Virus record (IMG/VR): IMGVR_UViG_2526164663_000020
Length of the DNA: 12,737 nucleotides
From: a virus
Lineage: Duplodnaviria; Heunggongvirae; Uroviricota; Caudoviricetes
Direction: 5' to 3' (one strand)
Shown here: piece by piece, positions 7,289 through 12,737 of the stretch
How the letters are laid out: every line of letters starts with the position of its first letter
How positions within the stretch are numbered: the first letter of the stretch is position 1
The notes under the pieces: generated by a model
What the model saw: the letters and a program-made list of their open reading frames with translations, nothing else
The model's database searches: none
What the model was told of the DNA's origin: nothing
Translations under genes and position numbers: made by a program

Positions 7289-7672
7289 TCACCTCGCCGT
7301 CAGTTGTTTTGATTTCCGGTAGCCTGCCGCGTAAATGGCTACGTTTGGAAGACATACACCAGTTTCTGGTTGCTTATGTCCAAACTCATTCGCGTACACA
7401 ATGGCCGCTCGCTCCAGATTGCGTCTGTATTCTTTCTGTTGCCAGATCACGTCCTGTGCCATGAACTTAATTGGCTTAGCGTCTTCTATGCGCTCAGGCG
7501 TTTCGTGAGTACCTTTAGCCTGAATCTGCGCTCTGCTTAGAGTAGGGCGGTGTAATACTTCTGAACTTATTGCTTCTTCGCGGGCCAGTACGCCGTTAGC
7601 TAATGCCTTTGCCTTTAAACGCTCACGACGACGAGAACGTGAATTGCCTTTGAACTGAGTTCTGCGTGTCAT
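7289..7672 (-). CDS. N: N-type transcription antiterminator, P22 gp24-like
   Basis: 127 aa with an N-terminal arginine-rich motif (GNSRSRRRERLKAKALA) and a C-terminus …LPNVAIYAAGYRKSKQLTAR matching my recollection of P22 gp24 (…LPGVALYAAGHRKSKQITAR). GGAGG lies before the ATG at 7670..7672. Confidence 0.8.
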   Translation of the reverse strand: MTRRTQFKGNSRSRRRERLKAKALANGVLAREEAISSEVLHRPTLSRAQIQAKGTHETPERIEDAKPIKFMAQDVIWQQKEYRRNLERAAIVYANEFGHKQPETGVCLPNVAIYAAGYRKSKQLTAR

Positions 7673-7682
7673 ATAGACCTCC

Positions 7683-7826
7683 TGATGAACTTTGGTGGTG
7701 TGGTAGGTGGGAGACCCATTTCGACCTGTTTCGGCCTACTTCAATTCGGCAATAGTCCCGCAGGCCTCGCCGCTTTACGTGCGACATATTCCCGTCCATG
7801 AACCCTTCACCACACCCCAAAGTTCA
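7683..7826 (-). promoter_or_regulatory. Long-range imperfect dyad in the N leader, a candidate RNase III-type regulatory hairpin
   Basis: 7683..7706 (gatgaactttggtggtgtggtagg) pairs with 7803..7826 (ccttcaccacaccccaaagttca), enclosing about 95 nt. The promoter-distal arm ends next to the N Shine-Dalgarno. Confidence 0.45.
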
Positions 7827-7837
7827 CTTTGGTTATT

Positions 7838-7852
7838 GCGCTTTGTCAGCGC
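7838..7852 (-). promoter_or_regulatory. nutL boxB hairpin, P22 type
   Basis: The minus strand reads GCGCUGACAAAGCGC, a 5-bp stem with a GACAA loop, as I recall for P22 boxB. The same loop occurs in the plus-strand nutR candidate at 10747..10761. Confidence 0.65.
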
Positions 7853-7859
7853 CGTAGAT

Positions 7860-8140
7860 TCATATTCGAATCGTTGTATATTCACCGCCCTGGTGAGTAA
7901 TGCGTCCTGCTGATGGGTGAACTTTATCGGAGTGATAAATTAATGGCAATAGCAAAATGATAAATTCTCTTGGTTTTCAAATATCGTATTGATTCTTATG
8001 GTGTTTTATTTTGTTGTAGGAATTCGACAGGATAAATAAAGAGATTTGAGGGAGATCTGGATTGCGTTGTTTAGCAAGTTGTATCTATTTATTTTTCAAC
8101 AAATACAATTGGTTATGTGTTTTTAGGTGTGGGGATCGTG
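7860..8140 (-). promoter_or_regulatory. Putative PL promoter and OL operator region
   Basis: AT-rich non-coding stretch between the tImm-like terminator and nutL. Contains the motif (T/G)GATAAAT at 7933..7940, 7958..7965 and 8030..8037 and a palindrome TTTATC-N5-GATAAA at 7924..7940; the same motif family recurs between cI and cro. The -35 and -10 elements were not pinned down. Confidence 0.4.
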
Positions 8141-8171
8141 AGGCAAAGAAAACCCGGCGCTGAGGCCGGGT
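8141..8171 (-). terminator. Intrinsic terminator on the minus strand (tImm-like) ending the cI/TAC transcript before PL
   Basis: Minus-strand RNA: ACCCGGC-cucagc-GCCGGGU followed by UUUCUUUG (stem 8152..8158 with 8165..8171), 8 nt after the stop at 8180. Confidence 0.7.
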
Positions 8172-8179
8172 GGGGAATT

Positions 8180-8584
8180 TCACTTATTACTGTTCGTTTC
8201 CATGGGATTGGCCAAGAAATCAAAATAAGGCAGAGTGAACCTACCAAGGTTTGACATGAGGATAATTTGCTCGGCATATGTTTTTATATAGGGATATGCC
8301 ATATTGGGAGCAATGGACCTTACCTCATATGATTTTGCCATTTCATGAGAAAAATCATCTTCTGACCGGAAGTCAAAGTCGTATGTGATGTCCATCTCAA
8401 GCCTGCCTTCAATAGTTACGGAGGCAAAATATCTCACTCTAAATAGCTTTGAATCCTTCACATTAGTGTAAAGTTCATTATTTAGATTAACGGTTGTTTT
8501 TATGGCTTTTTTTGCTGTTGAATCGCCTTCTAGCCGTGTCATAACCAAGCGTTCAACTTTTTTGCTAATGAGTTCAATTTTCAT
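8180..8584 (-). CDS. SecB-like chaperone, putative third component of a toxin-antitoxin-chaperone module
   Basis: 134 aa. The segments FRVRYFASV and APNMAYPYIKTYAEQIILMSNLGRFTLPYFDF parallel E. coli SecB LRVTVTAS and [33 protein letters not shown] as I recall them. Weak RBS. Lies 82 nt downstream of the antitoxin gene on the same strand. Confidence 0.6.
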   Translation of the reverse strand: MKIELISKKVERLVMTRLEGDSTAKKAIKTTVNLNNELYTNVKDSKLFRVRYFASVTIEGRLEMDITYDFDFRSEDDFSHEMAKSYEVRSIAPNMAYPYIKTYAEQIILMSNLGRFTLPYFDFLANPMETNSNK

Positions 8585-8666
8585 GGTAATAATAAGTAAT
8601 TTCCGTCAGAAGTCATTTCGTCATTCAGGTTGCTAGCCGCTGTGAAACTTGATGACAAGTTACTTA

Positions 8667-9236
8667 TCAAAGAAAAACATTCCGTTTTTCTTTGCATTTG
8701 CCATTACCCCTTACTGCGCTGAACAACATTTTTGAAAAGTAAGATTCTGTAGCCTTTTCAGCGAAATAAGCAGAAGGTGATGTGACGGCTGACTCACACC
8801 GAGCAATGACGCTAGTCATGGCTGTTTCTTCTTCCTCTGCGTCAACTAGGCTCCATTCAATTGCGCTCATATCTTGAATTAAGATATCTGCAGGAATTCC
8901 AAGTCCGTCATGTAGTCTACGGATCATTGAAAGACTTAATGGACGCTTACGATTTAAGACCTCAGATACTTTAGATGCTGAGCCAATGTATTGTTTCATA
9001 TCGGCATAAGAGAGGCCTTGTTGATCCATACGGAACTTGATTGCTTCTATGGGATCTGGCTTGTCCATAGGGAACTCGCGTGACTCATAGTGCTCGATAA
9101 GCAAGCCTAGTAGTTCAAACTCATCAAAATCTTCAGTTCCAGGTTGTAAATCACTAGACGCAAGTTCAATGAGCCTTTCCATAGCTGCAGCATGCTCTTC
9201 ACTATTTTTAATGATGCGCCAGCTAGTTCGATTCAT
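8667..9236 (-). CDS. HigA-like HTH antitoxin with a C-terminal extension of about 70 aa
   Basis: 189 aa. The start overlaps the toxin stop by 4 bp (ATGA). The central segment …MKQYIGSASKVSEVLNRKRPLSLSMIRRLHDGLGIPADILIQ resembles the HTH region of E. coli HigA as I recall it. The tail (…SPSAYFAEKATESYFSKMLFSAVRGNGKCKEKRNVFL) is absent from canonical HigA. Confidence 0.65.
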   Translation of the reverse strand: MNRTSWRIIKNSEEHAAAMERLIELASSDLQPGTEDFDEFELLGLLIEHYESREFPMDKPDPIEAIKFRMDQQGLSYADMKQYIGSASKVSEVLNRKRPLSLSMIRRLHDGLGIPADILIQDMSAIEWSLVDAEEEETAMTSVIARCESAVTSPSAYFAEKATESYFSKMLFSAVRGNGKCKEKRNVFL

Positions 9237-9520
9237 TTAAGCCTCCACTTGTCGTACTCTGCATGAGTTCCAACTCTTTCAACTATGACCATTCCTGCCT
9301 GGTAAACAACTTGGACAACGAGCCGATAGTTATTGCCTTTTATATTAAAAATTACCCTGTTGTTAGGAAGGAAGTCGGCAGAATTAAATCTATTCCGTAT
9401 GTCTTGAGTCGTTTTCCAGTTTTCTCTTATCACTTCATCATACCAAGAGTCTAAAGCCCCCTTGGCCTGATTGTGCTTCCGGCTAAAACTGTGAAGCTTC
9501 TCTACGTTTAAGACCTTCAT
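9233..9520 (-). CDS. HigB-like (YgjN-type) RelE-fold mRNA interferase toxin
   Basis: 95 aa. The C-terminal half …NNRVIFNIKGNNYRLVVQVVYQAGMVIVERVGTHAEYDKW resembles E. coli HigB as I recall it. The toxin gene precedes the antitoxin, as in higBA operons. Confidence 0.7.
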   Translation of the reverse strand: MKVLNVEKLHSFSRKHNQAKGALDSWYDEVIRENWKTTQDIRNRFNSADFLPNNRVIFNIKGNNYRLVVQVVYQAGMVIVERVGTHAEYDKWRLK

Positions 9521-9532
9521 AATCCGATTTTG

Positions 9533-9574
9533 TTCCCTCTTTGGGAATTATAGATTCATTTCCCATAAAGGGAA
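9533..9574 (-). promoter_or_regulatory. Promoter of the TAC operon with two palindromic candidate operators
   Basis: Palindromes TTCCC-N5-GGGAA at 9533..9547 and 9560..9574 flank a perfect minus-strand -10 TATAAT (plus-strand attata at 9547..9552), about 27 nt upstream of the toxin ATG. The -35 element is weak or unclear. Confidence 0.6.
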
Positions 9575-9656
9575 TCTGTATTTTTATCCAGAAATGCTAT
9601 GTACATCACCCAAACGTCTCTTCAGGCCACTGGTTACCAGCTATGTGACGATGAAG

Positions 9657-10361
9657 TCACGAACTTTTCAGCCACTCCCTTGCCTCGATGTCATCCAGAT
9701 GGCGAGATTGCTTCAGAATACCAGCCACATACTCCACCTTTGCTACTTGATGATAAGGCAACGTTATTGGCCTGTGGTCCTGGTTGATGCTTGTAAATTG
9801 GTATTCTCCGTCTCTGTCATAGCCAAGAACTTTGATCATGTTGTGTCCTTCAACAGTTCTGACAAACACCTCATCACCCGGGAATACTTTGGTGTTAGGC
9901 TCAATGAGTACATATTCTCCTGATTTTATTCTGGGCCACATGCTGTCTCCTTTCACACGAAGACCAAAGGCATCTGGATCATCGCTATAAATTTTGAGCC
10001 ACCCATCGCGCTCTTCGGTCATCTCGATGGCACCATCAACACCAAGAATTGCCTCACCAACCACGCGCACTAACCCTTTTCTTACCTGACCGACAAAAGT
10101 TAAAGAATCTGAGCATGATGCAATTGGTGTTACATCATGTACCAAATCAAGCCACCCATTAGGTAACCCAAGCGCGGCTTCAAATTTTCTTGCTAGTTTA
10201 TCCCCTATGTTTCGAGTGCTTTTTTCACCGGAGACTTGCGTGAGTTGAGAAGGGCTAACCCCAAGCTTATCGGCAAAGCTTGCATTAGTGTTACCCGCGA
10301 TTTTTTTATGCTCATCTAGCAAAAACGCCAGATTCGATTTGCGAATATCTTTGTTTTCCAT
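9657..10361 (-). CDS. cI: cI-type prophage repressor (N-terminal HTH, C-terminal S24 LexA-like autopeptidase domain)
   Basis: 234 aa with an HTH region (…FADKLGVSPSQLTQV…) and a C-terminal GDSMWP motif typical of S24 self-cleaving repressors. Divergently arranged with cro. Confidence 0.85.
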   Translation of the reverse strand: MENKDIRKSNLAFLLDEHKKIAGNTNASFADKLGVSPSQLTQVSGEKSTRNIGDKLARKFEAALGLPNGWLDLVHDVTPIASCSDSLTFVGQVRKGLVRVVGEAILGVDGAIEMTEERDGWLKIYSDDPDAFGLRVKGDSMWPRIKSGEYVLIEPNTKVFPGDEVFVRTVEGHNMIKVLGYDRDGEYQFTSINQDHRPITLPYHQVAKVEYVAGILKQSRHLDDIEAREWLKSS

Positions 10362-10474
10362 CTCACAATTTTCCCTCTATTTAGCAAATGGATAAATACG
10401 CAATATGATAAATTTACATTGCGGATGATTTATCAAAATGGTAAAGTTGTTCTGTGTGATAAACGGAGGCACTA
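10362..10474. promoter_or_regulatory. OR region with divergent PRM and PR promoters and candidate operators
   Basis: 113-bp cI-cro intergenic region. Motifs GGATAAAT (10390..10397), TGATAAAT (10406..10413), ATTTATCA (10428..10435) and TGATAAAC (10457..10464). A possible PR has -35 TTGCGG (10419..10424) and -10 TAAAGT (10442..10447) at a 17-bp spacing. GGAGG at 10465..10469 lies 5 nt before the cro ATG. Confidence 0.6.
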
Positions 10475-10708
10475 ATGAGTAATGAACTACTACGCTGGCG
10501 AAAAGAGGCTTCTAGTGAGGAATGGAAGCGACTCGCCGCATTAGCGAAAACTTCAGTTGGCTATCTTGACCAGATTGCATATGGATTTCGAAGAGCTTCC
10601 CCTGATAAAGCGAATGCAATCGAAGAAGCTACTCGTAATTTCACGGGTTATAAACCTGTGAAAAAGGAAAACCTAGTGTTCGTATCGCGTAGAGCATCGG
10701 CTGCATAA
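10475..10708 (+). CDS. cro: Cro-like repressor
   Basis: 77-aa ORF with a strong Shine-Dalgarno, transcribed divergently from cI and followed by nutR and cII. Confidence 0.7.
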   Translation: MSNELLRWRKEASSEEWKRLAALAKTSVGYLDQIAYGFRRASPDKANAIEEATRNFTGYKPVKKENLVFVSRRASAA

Positions 10709-10715
10709 GTAACAC

Positions 10716-10761
10716 CGCTATTTTCACAATGGACATTCGTCCTACGTCGCTGACAAAGCGA
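10716..10761 (+). promoter_or_regulatory. nutR (boxA-like element plus boxB hairpin)
   Basis: BoxA-like CGCTATTTT at 10716..10724 and boxB UCGCUGACAAAGCGA at 10747..10761, with the same GACAA loop as the nutL candidate. Confidence 0.6.
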
Positions 10762-10791
10762 GTCCCAATATATCTGACCAACTAAGGCCAC

Positions 10792-10807
10792 ATGCGTTTC
10801 CACGCAT
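10792..10807 (+). other. Short hairpin between nutR and cII, a possible tR1-region structure
   Basis: ATGCGT-ttcc-ACGCAT, followed by only a weak T-run (accTTTcaa). Confidence 0.3.
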
Positions 10808-10846
10808 ACCTTTCAACTAACTATTCACTATTGGAAATCTTAAGAA

Positions 10847-11143
10847 ATGGAACAAACAAGTTACAGCAAACTATCACAGCGAGAAATTGATCGCGCTGAA
10901 ACTGATTTACTCATCAACCTGTCAACGCTTACCCAGCGCGGTCTGGCAAAGATGATTGGCTGTCATGAATCGAAGATAAGCAGAACGGACTGGAGATTTA
11001 TTGCTTCGGTCTTGTGTGCTTTCGGAATGGCATCAGACATCAGTCCGATTAGTAGGGCTTTTAAGTATGCGCTTGATGGAATCACAAAGAAAAAATCCCC
11101 GGTGGCCGCCGGGGACTCTAAGCAAATTGATATGCAATTCTGA
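10847..11143 (+). CDS. cII: CII-like transcriptional activator
   Basis: 98 aa. The C-terminus …KKKSPVAAGDSKQIDMQF parallels lambda CII …KKRPAATERSEQIQMEF, and the gene sits between cro and O. Confidence 0.75.
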   Translation: MEQTSYSKLSQREIDRAETDLLINLSTLTQRGLAKMIGCHESKISRTDWRFIASVLCAFGMASDISPISRAFKYALDGITKKKSPVAAGDSKQIDMQF

Positions 11144-11163
11144 GGGAATTACTGGATCAATCC
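11087..11163 (-). ncRNA. oop: oop-like antisense RNA overlapping the 3' end of cII
   Basis: Minus-strand terminator CCCCGG-cggcca-CCGGGG followed by AUUUUUUC (stem 11097..11114, U-run 11087..11096). A Po-like promoter on the minus strand inside the start of O has -10 CATAAT (11173..11178) and -35 TTGAGT at a 17-bp spacing. The RNA body resembles lambda oop (…GAUCCAGUAAU…CUCAGAA…). Confidence 0.6.
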
Positions 11164-11175
11164 ACAGGAGTCATT

Positions 11176-12114
11176 ATGACAAATACAGCAAAAATACTCA
11201 ACTTCGGCAGAGGTAACTTTGCCGAACAGGAGCGTAATGTGGCAGATCTCGATGATGGTTACGCCAGACTATCAAATATGCTGATTGAGGCTTATTCAGG
11301 CGCAGATCTGACCAAGCGACAGTTTAAAGTGCTGCTTGCCATTCTGCGTAAAACCTATGGGTGGAATAAACCAATGGACAGAATCACCGATTCTCAACTT
11401 AGCGAGATTACAAAGTTACCTGTCAAACGGTGCAATGAAGCCAAGTTAGAACTCGTCAGAATGAATATTATCAAGCAGCAAGGCGGCATGTTTGGACCAA
11501 ATAAAAACATCTCAGAATGGTGCATCCCTCAAAACGAGGGAGGTTCCCCTAAAATGAGGGACATCCCTCAAAACGAGGGAAAATCCCCTAAAACGAGGGA
11601 TAAAACATCCCTCAAATTAGGGGATTGCTATCCCTCAAAACAGGGGGACACAAAAGACACTATTACAAAAGAAAAAAGAAAAGATTATTCGTCCGAGAAT
11701 TCTGGCGAATCCTCTGACCAGCCAGAAAACGATCTTTCTGTGGTTAAACCGGATGCTGCAATTCAGAGCGGCAGCAAGTGGGGAACAGCAGAAGACCTGA
11801 CCGCCGCAGAGTGGATGTTTGACATGGTGAAGACCATCGCACCATCAGCCAGAAAACCGAATTTTGCAGGGTGGGCTAACGATATCCGCCTGATGCGTGA
11901 ACGTGACGGACGTAACCACCGCGACATGTGCGTGCTGTTCCGCTGGGCATGCCAGGACAACTTCTGGTCCGGTAACGTGCTAAGTCCGGCCAAACTCCGC
12001 GACAAGTGGACCCAACTCGAAATCAACCGTAACAAGCAACAGGCTGGCGTGACAGCTGGAAAACCAAAACTCGACCTGACAAACACTGACTGGATTTACG
12101 GGGTGGATTTATGA
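11176..12114 (+). CDS. O: Replication initiator O (lambda type), 312 aa
   Basis: Near-identical over most of its length to lambda O as I recall it (MTNTAKILNFGRGNFA…TDWIYGVDL), with a 13-aa insertion (GSPKMRDIPQNEG) in the iteron-encoded segment. Confidence 0.95.
   Translation: MTNTAKILNFGRGNFAEQERNVADLDDGYARLSNMLIEAYSGADLTKRQFKVLLAILRKTYGWNKPMDRITDSQLSEITKLPVKRCNEAKLELVRMNIIKQQGGMFGPNKNISEWCIPQNEGGSPKMRDIPQNEGKSPKTRDKTSLKLGDCYPSKQGDTKDTITKEKRKDYSSENSGESSDQPENDLSVVKPDAAIQSGSKWGTAEDLTAAEWMFDMVKTIAPSARKPNFAGWANDIRLMRERDGRNHRDMCVLFRWACQDNFWSGNVLSPAKLRDKWTQLEINRNKQQAGVTAGKPKLDLTNTDWIYGVDL
11524..11690. repeat. Replication origin inside O: six 18-19-bp iterons plus an AT-rich region
   Basis: Iterons of the form ATCCCTCAAAACGAGGGA at about 11524, 11544, 11563, 11583, 11607 and 11630, followed by AT-rich cacaaaagacactattacaaaagaaaaaagaaaagattatt (11649..11690). 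Confidence 0.85.
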
Positions 12115-12737
12115 AAAACATCGCCGCACAGATGGTTAACTTTGACCGTGAGCAGATGCGTCGGATCACCAACAACATGCCGGAACAGTACGACGAAAAG
12201 CCGCAGGTACAACAGGTAGCGCAGATCATCAACGGTGTGTTCAGCCAGTTACTGGCAACTTTCCCGGCGAGTCTGGCTAACCGGGACCAGAACGAACTGA
12301 ATGAAATCCGCCGCCAGTGGGTTCTGGCTTTCCGGGAAAACGGGATCACCTCGATGGAACAGGTTAACGCAGGAATGCGCGTAGCCCGTCGGCAGAATCG
12401 ACCATTTCTTCCATCACCCGGGCAGTTTGTTGCATGGTGCCGGGAAGAAGCATCCGTTATCGCCGGACTGCCAAACGTCAGCGAGCTGGTTGATATGGTT
12501 TACGAGTATTGCCGGAAGCGTGGCCTGTATCCGGATGCAGAGTCTTATCCGTGGAAATCAAACGCGCACTACTGGCTGGTTACCAACCTGTACCAGAACA
12601 TGCGGGCCAATGCGCTGACTGACGCGGAATTACGGCGCAAGGCTGCCGATGAACTGACCTGTATGACAGCACGAATTAACCGTGGTGAGACGATACCTGA
12701 ACCAGTAAAACAACTTCCTGTCATGGGCGGCAGACCT
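12111..12737 (+). CDS. P: Replication protein P (lambda type), 5' part; continues beyond the right edge of the window
   Basis: ATG at 12111 overlaps the O stop (ATGA). The translation MKNIAAQMVNFDREQMRRI…NAHYWLVTNLYQNMRANALTDAELRRKAADEL… matches lambda P as I recall it. It is absent from the ORF track because no stop falls in the window. Confidence 0.9.
   Translation, partial: MKNIAAQMVNFDREQMRRITNNMPEQYDEKPQVQQVAQIINGVFSQLLATFPASLANRDQNELNEIRRQWVLAFRENGITSMEQVNAGMRVARRQNRPFLPSPGQFVAWCREEASVIAGLPNVSELVDMVYEYCRKRGLYPDAESYPWKSNAHYWLVTNLYQNMRANALTDAELRRKAADELTCMTARINRGETIPEPVKQLPVMGGRP

Noticed and set aside
6622-7464. Plus-strand ORFs 6622..6825, 6711..6929, 6791..7030, 7077..7262 and 7252..7464
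   Set aside because: They lie in the terminator region or antisense to the orphan gene and N. AT-rich DNA yields long open frames by chance.
7683-7826. Possible retron msr/msd: a structured element of about 145 nt bounded by a long inverted repeat
   Set aside because: No reverse-transcriptase ORF anywhere in the window, and no long internal msd hairpin. The position between boxB and the N start fits an N-leader regulatory hairpin much better.
7623-7913. ORFs 7623..7820 (minus) and 7707..7913 (plus) from the six-frame track
   Set aside because: They overlap the N leader dyad, the nutL boxB and the N start; they have no RBS and odd composition. Judged to be artefacts of structured non-coding DNA.
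9263-9923. Plus-strand ORFs 9263..9454, 9594..9923 and 9599..9787
   Set aside because: Antisense to the toxin and repressor genes.
11001-11216. Plus-strand ORF 11001..11216 (71 aa)
   Set aside because: Alternative frame spanning the cII 3' end, the oop terminator and the O start; this region is explained by cII, oop and O.
11524-11648. Regularly spaced direct repeats that could be mistaken for a short CRISPR array
   Set aside because: They lie inside the O coding frame, are palindromic 18-19-mers without unique spacers, and match the lambda-type ori iterons.
11763-12349. Minus-strand ORFs 11763..12086 and 12023..12349
   Set aside because: Antisense to O and P, which match lambda proteins closely.
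12427-12618. Plus-strand ORF 12427..12618
   Set aside because: Alternative frame inside P.

Overview
The window is the early/immunity/replication region of a mosaic lambdoid prophage, carrying an IS600 insertion at its left end. No database searches were run, so every homology call is from memory. Almost everything from 1 to 10361 is on the minus strand; cro, cII, O and P are on the plus strand. Left to right: a prophage 'ea'-region gene disrupted by a 1263-bp IS600 copy with 3-bp target duplications (1..1968); a tightly packed chain of small early genes (1965..4838); a Sak4-type recombinase with an SSB-like partner (4862..6126); a 62-aa ORF, kil and cIII (6135..6566); tandem terminators; an AT-rich 156-aa orphan gene (6760..7230); a P22-type N antiterminator (7289..7672) with a long leader dyad and a boxB hairpin; a putative PL/OL region; a terminator; then a three-gene toxin-antitoxin-chaperone (TAC) module (8180..9520) with its own palindrome-flanked promoter; a cI-like repressor; the OR region; cro; nutR; cII; an oop-like antisense RNA; a lambda-type O gene containing six origin iterons; and the 5' part of P running off the right edge. 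The most interesting candidate is the TAC module, a HigB-like toxin, a HigA-like antitoxin with a long C-terminal extension and a SecB-like chaperone, sitting in the slot that rexAB occupies in lambda. TAC systems as a class are already described, so what may be new is this particular module and its prophage context. The second candidate is the AT-rich orphan gene just downstream of N.
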